From Octopus sinensis (lineage: Eukaryota), in assembly GCF_006345805.1 (NCBI RefSeq), contig NC_042998.1:169322001-169386000 (forward strand): DNA of 64,000 nucleotides, read 5' to 3'. The notes under the pieces were generated by a model that did not search any database, was not told where the DNA came from, and saw nothing but the letters and a program-made list of their open reading frames with translations. Shown one piece after another: positions 36,379 to 49,469 of this stretch; position 1 is the stretch's first letter; each line of letters starts with the position of its first letter. The position numbers and the translations under genes were made by a program.

Positions 36379-39300
36379 ATGTCTCATATTCGTGTAGGGT
36401 GTTTGAATGTGCGTGGCCTGATGCAGAGCTGGAAGCAAGGGCGCTTCCTAAATGACATCAGGTCACGGGATTTAGATGTTGTCGTTGCCACAGAAACCCG
36501 GTTAAAGGGGCCAAGAGATCTGCTCCCGCTGTTCGGCGGTTACGAGAGTGTCATCTCTCCGAACCCGTCGGTCAGCGGAAGCGGGGTGTTGGTCCTGTGT
36601 AAAAAGAACCGGTTTCTGAGAAAAAGTTGATTTTTACGGATCCGGAAGGTAGGCTGGTCGTCGTTGAGTTGACGTTCAGTAGCCGTAAGACAATCAGGCT
36701 GGTTGCGGTTTACGCTCCCCCCAATAAGGGGAAAAGTGATTATTATCGGAACCTGGAGAAGTTTCTGAGTACATCGTGCCCAGTAATAATGTTAGGGGAC
36801 TTCAACACAATCTGCGATGTGCGGGTAGACTGTGAAGGCTCGCGAACAGACAGAAAAGGAAATACTTGCTTCCTGGATCTACTAAGACGTTTTGAGCTGG
36901 TAGATCCATATAGACTGGAACATCCGGGCGCTCCACTGTGGACGTGGTCAAATAGCGACGGATCGGCAAAGTCGTATATAGACAGGATATTAATTAGGAA
37001 GGTAGATAAGAACCTAGTTAAGAGTCCACAACTCCATATAGTCAGCTACAGTGACCACAAGATGGTCACCTGTAGGCTAGACGTAGATAAGATAACTAGA
37101 GGTCCTGGTTACTGGAAACTTAATACGTCCCTTTTGGCGATTAAGGAGTACAGGGACAGGATTAGGTTAATAATCCAGAGGGCCATGACCGGCTCCATTT
37201 GTAACAACAAATGGTGGTATGCCCTTAAGCGAGCCATAAAATATGAGTCCGTTAGATATAGTACTAACCATGTAGCTAGAGAGGCTAGAAGGGTAACTGC
37301 ACTAGTTAAGGACTTAGAGGAAGCAATGCGAACTGGCAATGCAGACCAGGTGAAGGTCAAGAGACTGGTTCTTAACCAGCACCTCGAAGCCCAACACATG
37401 GGTTGCATTGTCAGGGCTAGACAACGTGCGATGGGGAGCGAAGGAATCAAGGCTGCAGGATGGGCCCGAGTGGTGGAAGCCCAACGTGGCAATGATGCTA
37501 CAATTCGATCTCTGGCGAACCAACAAGGTATGTTGACAGACGAGCCCGAGGAGATGTGTCAAGCTTTTCAGGACCACTTCGCCCAGCTTTTCGGGGGGAG
37601 CGGCGGACCGGATAGGGGGGGGACCTTACGGACCTCCTCGACGGGCTGCCGCGCCTCTCGGGGCAGGATGCGAAGTATAGTGAGGAGCCGATCACACCTG
37701 GGGAGGTAATAGAGGCCATGGCGGACTGCGGTGCAGGTAAGGCGCCGGGACTGGATGGTCTACCATACGAGCTTTATAAAAGTATGCCGGACTTGTTCGG
37801 GGACTTACTGACGGGCGTCTACGCAAACTGGCAGCAGAATGGGTTTATCCCCAGATCTGTGCGCCGGGGAGTGGTGACGCTAATCAGGAAGGACCAGAGC
37901 AAGGGGACGTAATAGATAATTTCAGGCCCATCACTCTGCTTAACGCAGAGTTGAAGATTTTGGCCAAAGTGTTATCGAACAGATTGGCGCGTGTCGCGAA
38001 TGGACTGATTGGGAAAGCGCAAACGTGCGCCGTACCGGGCAGAGCCATTCAGGATAATCTCCATCTAATTAGATACACGATAGAGGGAATAAATAACGAT
38101 CTCGGCAAGGGAGGGGCAGTGGTCCATTTAGACCAGTCTAAAGCGTTCGATAGGGTCGACCATCACTACCTGGTGTCCGTTCTGGCTCAGTTCGGCCTGG
38201 GTCTTGGCTTCCTCAGGTGGATCATCGAAATGTATGACAACGCCGACTCGGTAGTTCAGGTGAACGGCTTTCTTTCTAAGCCGTTCAAGGTCAAACGCTC
38301 GGTTCGCCAGGGATGTCCGCTCTCCCCGCTTTTGTATGTAGTGGCCCTGGAGCCGCTGCTGCGAAGACTGAGCGGCATCCCGAGGCAACCAGGACGTGAT
38401 ATGTCGGTTTCGGCGTACGCGGATGACATCACTATCATCGTGACTGAAGTGGACCACCTACGTAAAGTAGGCAAGGCCATAGAGGTTTACGAGACGGTGA
38501 CAGGAGCAAAAGTTAATCGTGAAAAGTCGGTCGGCTTGCAACTCGGCACCTGGAGAGGCAAGTCGATGCCTCCAGACAGCGTCGTGGGACGTTGGACGGA
38601 GGGCCCGATTAAGTTGCTCGGGGTCTGGTTCGGTCCGGACCTCCAAATAGAGAAGAACTGGAGCGAGGTATCGAGCAAGGTGGCTGCAATAGTCAAGATT
38701 TGGTCTTGCCGGTGGTTATCCTTGAAAGGTAGGGCGGAGGTGGCCAATGTGTTTATAGCATCGGTGATCACCTACCGCCTTGCCGTCGTGCCTTGCCCGG
38801 ATTCGTGGTTGATCAAGTTGGAGAGACAGCTCTTTCGCTTCTTGTGGAAGGGCTCGAAACCGCTTGTGAGACGCTCTGTCTGCTGTCAAAAACCGTTACA
38901 GGGTGGACTAGGGATGCCGTGGCTAATGATGCGCAGAAATGCGCTGAGGCTAAGGCACCTGTGGCTCCATCTGGGTAGTGAACGGGTGTGGTCTCCGCTG
39001 GCGAAACAGATGTTCCCCAGGTTCACCAGTTTCGGTGGCCGGGAGGCCTGGTATAATCGCAGATCGAAGTTGGGCACGTGGTATACGGAGTGTCGCAAGG
39101 CACTCCGACTATTCCGTCGCTCGGGTAATGCCTGTGGCAGTGGTTCTACCGCTGTGTTTTATAGAGGGTTTGTAGAGGCCGGTAACGATGATACGCTGGG
39201 GGAAGCCCTAGGTTTCGACGATAATCAGCTGGCCAGTCTGTTCCAAAGTACATTTGGGCCGAAGACACTGGACAATTTCCAGAAGTCTTTGGCTTGGCAG

Positions 39301-39768
39301 TGCTACCGAGGAGCCTTACCTGTTCGGGACAAGCTTGCAAGGCACGGTTGCCAAGTCAGCCCGACCTGTACGAGGTGTGGGCGAGAACGGGAAACCGTCT
39401 CGCACGCGATCGTGCAGTGTTCGGGGGTGAAAGATATGTGGGATTGTGCCGAACAACTAATGTCAGGTGAACGAAGAGTACAGCTATCAGCCGAATCTAT
39501 TGTAAAAATCAGCCCACCTGATTTCTTAACGAAAGAAGGTAAGTTTTGTTTTCTCGCCGTGGTTTCAACTGCGAAACAGGCAGTATGGAAGACAAGGATG
39601 AAAGGAATGATAACAGGCGACTTCATCTCTGGTTCAAGTCTGGTGGAATATTTTAAATTCCACCTGAAAAGACATATAGAACTGGAGAGAAGGAGCCTGA
39701 GTAAGAAAGTGTTTTATGAAAGATGGAAAAATGTGCAGAGTAAAAGATCCCTCACAAATGTGAGATAG
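36379..39768 (+). pseudogene. Tx1 element 1 ORF2 (APE endonuclease-RT), few disablements
   Basis: VGCLNVRGL, VATETR, GDFN, YIDRIL, SDHK, PGLDGLPYE, QGCPLSPLLY, YADD, CTRCGRERETVSHAIVQC. Split over ORFs 36379-36630, 36627-37709, 37718-37912 and 37951-39768. Confidence 0.93.
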
Positions 39769-39992
39769 GAAGAAAAAGAAAACCACAAGGCTAAGTGTCG
39801 TGGCGGGGAGCATGGGGTCGCGAACCCGCCCCACTGCATCTTGTAATTTTGTTGTGTCTATTGTATAATCATTCGATTTTTATTCATTTTCGACCCCAAA
39901 CGTTCATAATAATTTTTTTTTCATCATTCGTGATTGTGTGTATTCTCTATGTCGCCCCTAGTGGGTAATAAAGAAATCAGAATCGTTAGCAC

Positions 39993-41651
39993 TTCGTTTG
40001 ACGTCGGTTGTGTTTTTTTCGGCTCCTGAAAATTCGGTAAAAAAGAACAAAAAGTGAATGGTTGTTGTTGTGAAATTTTGAACGTAGTTGATGCGGTTTC
40101 GCGTTTCACTGGTTCTGCGCGTTGCACTTTTTCGGTTCGGGAGGCCGTTTTTCGGTCTGAGGCGATTATGAGCCGCCTCCATCAAACGGAGGAGATGGAA
40201 GGGAGAAATTTCTCTGAAATTTCGACGGAAGTATCGTCATCTGAGGAGGAGTTGGCGGTGAAAAAGATGGAAGGCACCTACGCAGGTGTAACGAAGAAGT
40301 CAATGGAAAGAGAGATAGACCTGGCTAAGTTGACGGGCCTCCAGGAGTTTGTGAAGGAGGACGAGAACGGAGAGGTCGAGCTGCTGCCTCCAGTAGGGCG
40401 CGAAGACTGGTTCCATCGTAGAACCATTAAATATAAAGTATTTATGAATGGAGGTAGAAAGATGGAAGTAATTAACATGGAAGCAATTGAAGAGGCTCTC
40501 AAGCAGACAGGAGAGGAAATTGTGTACATGACAAAAGGATTACAATACGGAACCATAACGGTGCAATTTAAAAGTGAAAAAGCAGCCAGGAATGTAGCAG
40601 CCAAGGTGGTGAGTACAGAAAAGTTTTACTTGTTACCCTCGTATCTGAATAGGCGGACAACCAGAATTAGGGTGGAAGGAATACCTCCACACCTAGAGGC
40701 GAATTAATAACGGCTGCGGTTATAAAAGGAAATGAAGATAAAGTGGACATCCTCCACGCCATTATGAAGTATGAAGGCGTGAGAGGTGCCACACTAGTTA
40801 TGAACATTCAAACGGAGGCGGATGTTATAGAGAGGATTACGGACAGCATAAAAACTGGAAATATTATTATGAGAGTGTGGGTGGAGGGTAGGGCGCCCAG
40901 GTGCTACAAGTGTGGCCAAGGGGTCACATAAGAGCCTACTGCCCTCCCCCACCAAAGGAAAAAGAAAAGGAAAGCGTTGAGGAAGCCTCAGGAGAGGAAG
41001 AAAATAAACAGAAACAAACAGAGAAGGAAACGACAGAAGAAGAGATGCAACAAGAGTGGAAAGAAGGGGGAACAAAGAGAAAAAGAAGGAAAAAGAAAAA
41101 CTGTGCGAAGCCCCAACCCACCCCGACACCACCCATACCCTTGGAGTCCCGACCCTCCCCGGCAAACAGTGATTCCACCCACTCCCCTCCTACAAGAAAA
41201 TCCAAAACACACACACAGAGCAAAGAAAGTCCCGAGACCCATTTTTTATGTGTTATACATGGGAAAGACATACAAAACGTTAAAAAACAGGTGTTAACCA
41301 AGTGGTACGAACACGAAGATTGTAGCTACACGGCTGTGGATAGTGATGATACGGGTATATTGGCGAGAAGGTTTGAGGAAGAGGTGTGTGTTGGAGGTCA
41401 GTGGAAATGAAAGATGAATGGATAGAGATGGCTAAAAGAAAAACGAATGTTGTGATAGGAAAACAAGGAATGCTAATTGGAAATGGGTGAAGAAGGACAG
41501 ATAAGTGATGCTGGCGGATGGGGCCGTCGGTATCACTCTCATATATCATTTTCATATTCCATTTTGCTCATATATATGTAATTGTGATGTTCTATGTCCC
41601 CAATGTTTGTAATGTCCCCTCTATGTAGCCCCTAGTGGGTAATAAAGAAAT
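39993..41651 (+). mobile_element. ORF1-only Tx1-related element 2 (1659 bp)
   Basis: Shares the 5' leader and 3' tail with element 1. ORF1 spans 40168-41490 with three 1-bp homopolymer deletions relative to element 3. No ORF2 sequence. Confidence 0.92.
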
Positions 41652-41666
41652 CAGAATCGTTAGCAC

Positions 41667-43327
41667 TTCGTTTGACGTCGGTTGTGTTTTTTTCGGCTCC
41701 TGAAAATTCGGTAAAAAAGAACAAAAAGCGTGGTTGTTGTTGTGGAAACTCTGAACGGCGTTGACGCGGTTTCGCGTTTCGCTCGTTCAGCGCGTTAAAC
41801 TTTTTCGGTTCGGGAGGCCGTTTTTCGGTCTGAGGCGATTATGAGCCGCCTCCATCAAACGGAGGAGATGGAAGGGAGAAATTTCTCTGAAATTTCGACG
41901 GAAGTATCGACATCTGAGGAGGAGTTGGCGGTGAAAAAGATGGAAGGCACCTACGCAGGTGTAACGAAGAAGTCAATGGAAAGAGAGATAGACCTGGCTA
42001 AGTTGACGGGCCTCCAGGAGTTTGTGAAGGAGGACGAAAACGGAGAGGTGGAGCTGCTGCCTCCAGTAGGGCGCGAAGACTGGTTCCATCGTAGAACCAT
42101 TAAATATAAAGTTTTTATGAATGGAGGGAGAAAGATGGAAGTAATTAACATGGAAGCAATTGAAGAGGCTCTCAAGCAGACAGGAGAGGAAATTGTGTAC
42201 ATGACAAAAGGATTACAATACGGAACCATAACGGTGCAATTTAAAAGTGAAAAAGCAGCCAGGAATGTAGCAGCCAAGGTGGTGAGTACAGAAAAGTTTT
42301 ACTTGTTACCCTCGTATCTGAATAGGCGGACAACCAGAATTAGGGTGGAAGGAATACCTCCACACCTAGAGGGCGAATTAATAACGGCTGCGGTTATAAA
42401 AGGAAATGAAGATAAAGTGGACATCCTCCACGCCATTATGAAGTATGAAGGCGTGAGAGGTGCCACACTAGTTATGAACATTCAAACGGAGGCGGATGTT
42501 ATAGAGAGGATTACGGACAGCATAAAAACTGGAAATATTATTATGAGAGTGTGGGTGGAGGGTAGGGCGCCCAGGTGCTACAAGTGTGGCCAAAGGGGTC
42601 ACATAAGAGCCTACTGCCCTCCCCCACCAAAGGAAAAAGAAAAGGAAAGCGTTGAGGAAGCCTCAGGAGAGGAAGAAAATAAACAGAAACAAACAGAGAA
42701 GGAAACGACAGAAGAAGAGATGCAACAAGAGTGGAAAGAAGGGGGAACAAAGAGAAAAAGAAGGAAAAAGAAAAACTGTGCGAAGCCCCAACCCACCCCG
42801 ACACCACCCATACCCTTGGAGTCCCATCCTTCCCCGGCAAACAGTGATTCCACCCACTCCCCTCCTACAAGAAAATCCAAAACACACACACAGAGCAAAG
42901 AAAGTCCCAAGACCCATTTTTTATGTGTTATACATGGGAAAGACATACAAAACGTTAAAAAACAGGTGTTAACCAAGTGGTACGAACACGAAGATTGTAG
43001 CTACACGGCTGTGGATAGTGATGATACGGGTATATTGGCGAGAAGGTTTGAGGAAGAGGGTGTGTGTTGGAGGTCAGTGGAAATGAAAGATGAATGGATA
43101 GAGATGGCTAAAAGAAAAACGAATGTTGTGATAGGAAAACAAGGAATGCTAATTGGAAATGGGTGAAGAAGGACAGATAAGTGATGCTGGCGGATGGGGC
43201 CGTCGGTATCACTCTCATATATCATTTTCATATTCCATTTTGCTCATATATATGTAATTGTGATGTTCTATGTCCCCAATGTTTGTAATGTCCCCTCTAT
43301 GTAGCCCCTAGTGGGTAATAAAGAAAT
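41667..43327 (+). mobile_element. ORF1-only Tx1-related element 3 (1661 bp)
   Basis: As element 2, with an intact ORF. Flanked by CAGAATCGTTAGCA. Confidence 0.93.
41841..43166 (+). CDS. Tx1-type ORF1p (gag-like), 441 aa, intact
   Basis: TYAGVT motif, LLPSYLNRRTTRIRVEGIPP, knuckle CYKCGQRGHIRAYC, acidic/basic/Pro linker and an ~85-aa C-terminal domain. Confidence 0.92.
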   Translation: MSRLHQTEEMEGRNFSEISTEVSTSEEELAVKKMEGTYAGVTKKSMEREIDLAKLTGLQEFVKEDENGEVELLPPVGREDWFHRRTIKYKVFMNGGRKMEVINMEAIEEALKQTGEEIVYMTKGLQYGTITVQFKSEKAARNVAAKVVSTEKFYLLPSYLNRRTTRIRVEGIPPHLEGELITAAVIKGNEDKVDILHAIMKYEGVRGATLVMNIQTEADVIERITDSIKTGNIIMRVWVEGRAPRCYKCGQRGHIRAYCPPPPKEKEKESVEEASGEEENKQKQTEKETTEEEMQQEWKEGGTKRKRRKKKNCAKPQPTPTPPIPLESHPSPANSDSTHSPPTRKSKTHTQSKESPKTHFLCVIHGKDIQNVKKQVLTKWYEHEDCSYTAVDSDDTGILARRFEEEGVCWRSVEMKDEWIEMAKRKTNVVIGKQGMLIGNG

Positions 43328-43620
43328 CAGAATCGTTAGCATACCAGACAAACTGCTAAGCGGTATTTCGTCTGTTGTTACGTTGTGAGTTCAAATTCCG
43401 CCGTGGTCGACTTTGCCTTTCATCCTTTCGGGATCGATAAATTAAGTACCAGTTACGCACTGGGGTCGATGTAATCGACTTAAAACCTATGTCTGTCCTT
43501 GTTAGTCCCCTCTAGAAATAGGTATTTAGTCCATCTTTACGTTCTAAGTTCAAATTCCGCCGAGGTCGACTTTGCCGTTCATCCTTTCGGAGTCGATAAA
43601 TTAAATTCCAGTTGTGCGCG
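43328..43620 (+). mobile_element. Remainder of the host SINE A plus a second truncated SINE fragment
   Basis: CAGAATCGTTAGCATACCAGACAAACTGCTAAGCGGTATTTCGTC continues the SINE A consensus (CpG-decayed) through the B-box and body to about 43514. Confidence 0.9.
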
Positions 43621-44215
43621 TAAATGGGTAAGGAACTTGGCAAACGATGCTGGAAGAGCAGCTAAGAATGGTCAAATGAAAACACTATATGAAATAACCA
43701 GAACAATATGTAATGAAAAACCACGTCAAGCATCGGTTGGTATCAACAATAAACAGGGTAAAATCATAACAGATGACAAGGGGGGAAAAGACAAGATGGA
43801 TAGAACATTTTGAAGAAGTATTAAATAGAGGCAGCCCACCTAATCCAGTGAAAATTGAAAATATTGTAATTACAGAGGTGGAACCATTTACACCAGACCT
43901 GCAAGCAAAACAGAAATCAGGAATGTAATCAGAAAATTAAAAAATGGAAAGGCAGGAGGCGTTAACATGATATCACCAGAGTTATTGAAGGCAGACATTG
44001 AAACATCCACAGACAAACTGCACAGTATCATAAATGATATTTAGGATCAAGAGAAATATACCTCATGACTGGAAGAAAGGACTGATTGACAAGTTACCAA
44101 AGGAAGGAGATCTATCTGAATGTGGAAACTGGAGGGGAATAACACTTCTACCTATAGCAAGTGAAGTGCTAGGAAGAATCATAATTTACAGGATCCAAAA
44201 CACTATTGAAAAGGC
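43621..44215 (+). mobile_element. Decayed RTE-like LINE ORF fragment
   Basis: WKKGLIDKLPKEGDLSECGNWRGITLLPIASEVLGRII, with upstream KAGGVNMISPELLK. Confidence 0.8.
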
Positions 44216-47200
44216 TAATTCCACCTAAGGAGATTATTCAGAATCTAGAAGTAAGAACTGTTGTGTACAAAATTTACAACAGAAAGGAAAAACGAATTAT
44301 GAGAACGGATTTAATCGAGAAATGTCTAGCTCCCATTTGGAGAAAAATAAAATATGTCGGGAAAGGCCCGCGTATTGCAACAGTAGAGGCGCAATTTGAA
44401 AGCGCCGAAATAGCCAAGGAAGTGTCCACACAGACACTGATAACGGACGGTATACTATTATTACCAACATATCTCGGACAGAGAACCGCAAAAATAATAA
44501 TTGAGGAGATTCCGTCCGGGTACGACATACTGGTTTGCTCAAGAGCTGATTCACGACGCAGAGGAGGAAATAAATATTCTCTCGGTGAAAAAAAAGAGAG
44601 GCAATAAATTGGAAGGGCCAGGCACTGGAATTGGTGGTCCAAGCGTCGAATGAGACGCTCGAATCTAGGCCAGACAGGATATTCATAAGGGAGGGACTGA
44701 GCGCGAGAGTGTCGGTGGAGGGACGGCGGCCTAGATGCTACAAATGCGGTGAGAAAGGTCACGTTCGCTCCGAGTGCGAAAAAGTATAAAAGCCGACGCA
44801 GAAGAAAGCAGTGGTCCCTCCCCAACTAGAAAAAGACCAAGATAAAAAAGCGAAAGAAGAAAAAAATCAAATCGACGGAAGAAACAAGTAAAACCAAAAA
44901 AAGTCAAGAAAAAGAGAAACTGACAAAAACAGAAAAAGAGAAAGAAACAATATGTGAACAAATGGAGTATACAGTAGTAACTCATAAAAGGAAAAAAATC
45001 CCTTGGTCCTCTCTCCCCTCCCCTTACAAGAAAAAGAAAAGAAATAATGCAAAACACACAAAAAAATACCCCCGTCCACTTCGAAATCGAAACCCACCCA
45101 CAAACCCATACAAGGAGAGAAAATTGTCTCCTACAAAAAAATGTAGTGTTGCATGATTTAATAACAAGAATGAAATGTACGGTGATTGGACCTATAGAAG
45201 GAAAACCGGAACACTTGCGACAAGCAAGAATAGATGAAGAACATTTTGAACAAGAAAGGTACACAAATGATATTTTTGATGTAAGTCATTATATTGTGAA
45301 AGAGAAAAGTATTTTAACACCAACGGATACACCAGATTGAAAAGATACAGGAGGAGGGGAAGACGAAAGTCGTGAAGCCCCTCCTCAAACCTAAAAGAAA
45401 AACAAGGTAAACAACAATAATTTTTTATCACGATGATTAAGTTAGGGTGTATAAATGTGCGCGGCCTGGGGTCGAAATGGAAGCAGACATGCCTCCTAGA
45501 CGACCTCAGGTCACGGAAGATAGATATATGTGTTGTGACTGAGTCCAAGCTGAACGGCCCACAGGCGTTCTCTCCTCTTCTGAATGACTACGAGAAGTTT
45601 ATTTCTCTGAGTCAAGGAAGGGGTAGAGGCGTGGTGGTGCTGGTCAAAAAAAAGCTTGGACGTACAGGTAAGTACAGTCTTTCTAGACCCAGAAAGTAGG
45701 CTGGTCGTTCTAGATGTGACACATGTGAGTAAGCAGTCCTTCAGGTTGGTGGCAGTCTATGCTCCAAAAGAGGATAGTCAGTCTTTTTTCGGGACTTGGA
45801 GAATTTCCTAGTGACGTCGAAAACATTAGTTTTAACAGGAGACTTCAACACTATTCTCAACGTGCGGGTGGATAGTGTAGGCTCGAATAACAGAAAAGGA
45901 AGCCTTGGCCTAAAAAGGCTACTAGCGAGCTATAAACTAGTAGACCGCTACAGACTGGATGAACCGCTCGTTCCACAGTGGACGTGGTCTAATAATGATG
46001 GTTCACTCAGGTCTTACTTAGGGTTATAATAAAAGATAGTGATAATGATATAGTTAGTCGTCCACATTTTCACTGTACCTATTACACGGATCACAAATTT
46101 GTGACGTGTGAGGTGCAGTTAGCTAAGTGTCATAGACAGGGACCCGGGTATTGGAAGCTGAACAAGTCTATTTTGACTAGTAAAGTCTTCCGTACCCGGG
46201 TTAAGGAGTTAGTGCAGAGGGTATTATGCGGAGCTGTCGTAAACAACAGATGGTGGTGCGCCCTCAACCGAGCCATTCGTTTACAGTCTCTCAGATTTAG
46301 TAAAGAGCAAAGTTTAGAGGGAACTAGATTAGAAGGGCGGTTAACTAAGGAACTAGAGGAGGCCATAGCATCAGGCTCTGCATCCAGAGTGTTGGCGGCG
46401 AGAACGGTATTATTCCAGCACCTCCAAGTCAAACATGAAGGGTATAGAGTCAGGGCTAAGTTACGCACGGTGGGCAGAGAAGGTATTAACATTGCTGGAT
46501 GGGCCCGTCGTGTGGAGAGGCAGAGAAGCCTCTGTACAGTCTTTAATTGACGAACAGGGTCGCTTGATCGAAGGACAGGAGGAGATGCAGAAGGCCTTTC
46601 ATCAGCATTTCGCCCGGTTGTTTGGAACGAGCGAGGCGTTGGACCATGGGGAGCCCTTAATGGAATTCCTGATCGACGGGCCGCAACTCTCAGCGAGAGA
46701 GGCGAGGTGCTGTGAAGGATCTATCACGGCTGCGGAGGTCGAAGAGGTGCTGGCCGAATGCGCGCGGGACAAGTCGCCGGGGCTGGATGGTCTGCCCTAC
46801 GAGTTTTACAGTAGTATGCCGGACTTGTTCGGATACTTTCTGGCTTGCGTGTACACAAACTGGCAGCAGAATGAGAGAATTCCGTTCTGTGAGTCGGGGA
46901 ATGGTAACACTGGTCAGAAAAGACCCGAGCAAGGGGGATCATATTAGTAATTTCAAGCCCATAACTCTACTAAATGTAGAGTTAAAGATTTTGGCCAAGG
47001 TGCTAGCAAAAAGGTTGACAGTTGTCGCGGAGAAACTTGTCGGGAGGGCGCAAACATGTGCCATTCCTGGCAGGTCGATCCAGGACAATCTTCATCTCTT
47101 ACACTACATCTTAGATAAGGTAGGTAAAGTTTCCGGTAAAGGTGGGGCACTGGTTCATTTAGACCAGAGTAAAGCCTTCGATAGGGTTGACCATCGGTAC

Positions 47201-48790
47201 TTGGCAGCAGTCCTTGAGGCGACTGGGCTGGGCCCAGATTTCCGCGGCATCAAATCCACAGTTCAGTTGAACGGTTACCTGTCGGAGCCGTTCGAGGGCA
47301 GGCGTTCAGGTCGTCATGGGTGCCCTCTGTCTCCGCTTCTGTATGTACTGACTCTCGAGCCATTGCTGCGGAAGTTGGAGAAGTTGGGAAGCACCACTAA
47401 TGAAATTGGATGTGGTAAGAGTGTCTCTGCGTATGCGGATGACGTCACCATCACCGTACCCAAGATGACTCAGCTACCTCGTGTAGCGGAGGCAATCAGA
47501 AGATATGAGAAGGTGGAAGGGGTAAAAGTTAACATGGACAAGTCCATTGGTTTGCGGTGCGGCACTGGAGCAGCAAGCCGATAACGTCCAGTGTCGTGGG
47601 GCACTGGACGGATGGTCCTGTTAAGTTGCTTGGTGTCTGGTTTGGTCCAGGCTCCCAGACGGAGAAGAATTGGAGTGAGGTGACGAACAAGGTAGAAGCG
47701 CTAACCCGGACCTGGTCCGGAAGAGAGCTGTCCTTGAAAGGAAGAGCGGAGGTGGTGCAGATGTTTATTGCGTCTGTTATCACCTACCGCCTGACCGTCG
47801 TCCCTTGTGGCTAAACAAGCTGGTTCGAATTCTCTTCCGCTTTTTGTGGAGGGGAAAGCCGCTTGTGAGGCACTCCGTGTGCTGTCAAGAGCGGTTAAAG
47901 GGTGGCCTAGAGATGCCGTGGTTGCTGATGAGCAAACATGCACTGAGACGAAGGCATCTCTGGCTTTACCTGGACGGTGGTCAGGTGTGGAATTCGCTCG
48001 CAGGGAAATTCTTTCCACGACCAGCCTCCCTGGAGGCATTTAAGCCCGGTTTGATTAAAAGACAAAACACGACTGAATGGCAAAAGGAATGTCGGCAGGC
48101 ACTTGCGCTAATCCACAAGGCGGGTAAGGCCGGCAGCGGAAATACTACCTCTGCATTGTACAAAGGGTTGGTAGAGTTTAAAAGTGACGACGTTCTAGGA
48201 GAGACTCTGGGACTCGATAGGGACCAGCTATCCAACCTGTTTCGGAACACTTTTGGGGTAGGGTATTTGGACAATTACCAAAGATCCCTGACCTGGCAGT
48301 GTTTCAGGAACGCGTTACCTGTTTACGAGAAATTGTCCAGGCACAGGATTTCAGTGCCACCCGAATGCCCAAGATGCGGGCAGGATATGGAAACTATCCT
48401 GCACGCTCTTGTACAGTGCACCCAGCTTTCGGAGATGACAGTTTACGTAGAACATGTGTTGTCACATTTGGGAAGAGTACAGCTATCGGCTGAGTCTGTG
48501 ATTAAGAATGTACCACCCACCGGACTATCTAAGGAAGGTGAGGCTTGTTTTCTATGTACAGTCGCAGTAATGAAAGCGTGTGCATGGAGAACCAGAATGC
48601 AAGGTTTGAGGTCAGGAGCCTTCATCTCCGGCTCTGGAATGCCATATTACTTCAGGTACTACCTGAAAAGCAAGTTAGGGCTGGAGAGAAGGCACCTGTC
48701 GAAAAGAGCCTATGAGGAAAGATGGAAGGATGTGGTAAGGAAGTTAGGAGTGAGTGTCCCTACTTAACTCATCCATGGTAAAAAGAAAAG
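44216..48790 (+). mobile_element. Tx1-clade element 4 (5'-truncated, divergent, decayed)
   Basis: ORF1 remnant with RPRCYKCGEKGHVRSEC. ORF2 from 45433 (LGCINVRGL, GDFN, DHK, YADD, CPRCGQDMETILHALVQC) to 48767. No normal 3' tail directly follows. Confidence 0.88.
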
Positions 48791-49469
48791 GTGTAGCCGT
48801 TGGACAGTAAGAAATGGAAAAATTTAAGGAATATTCAAATTTTAAAAAACAATTATATAAGTAAAATTTTGTTAACTCGATATATTTTTATTTAAAAAAC
48901 GTTAAGAATAGCTCGCTAAATAACTTTTTTAAATGTTTGTAGTGTTCTGTACTGTCCTTTCTATGTAAAGATTTTTATAATCATAAACAGATATGCTGGT
49001 TTCGGCAAATACCCTGAAACATATCTGCAGATTCCTGACCAACAAGGGGAAGAGGCATTGATAAAGGGCAAATACCCTGAAACATATCTGCAGATTCCCG
49101 ACCAACAAGGGGAAGAGGCTGACCTCCCCTGTTCGAAGGTTATAATGGACACAGGTTCGTGCGTCATATAGCTAGCAAGAGGCGATGGCCTCTTGGAGTT
49201 AATCAACGGCAGCTTTCTTCCTATATTTATGGACTGCCATATTAGCTTGGCGATAACTGTTAATACATGGGAATCCATATGAGTAATGATGTTGGATTCA
49301 GAGACCATTCAGTATAAAGAATGATGTGTGCTTTGCCCTCTGTTGGTTGTGAAAAAAAGTATACTATGCAACTCTATGGAGAACATTTGTTCCCAGTTGC
49401 CTATATTACCGCTCTTAACCGTGGTCGCCACATAGAGCCAAACTAACACTGGAACTCTAGGTAACTTAA

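Larger units (their letters stand above)
34634..39977 (+). mobile_element. Tx1-clade non-LTR retrotransposon 1 (full length, 5.3 kb)
   Basis: 5'UTR, ORF1, ORF2 (APE-RT-C-terminal CCHC), 3'UTR and tail GCCCCTAGTGGGTAATAAAGAAAT. Flanked by CAGAATCGTTAGCAC. Confidence 0.93.

Noticed and set aside
34619-43341. Regularly recurring 15-mer as a CRISPR-like repeat
   Set aside because: The spacers are kilobase retroelements in a eukaryotic context, so the repeat is better explained as a TSD.
49004-49119. 63-bp-period tandem duplication
   Set aside because: Two copies only, inside decayed LINE-like sequence. An ordinary local duplication.
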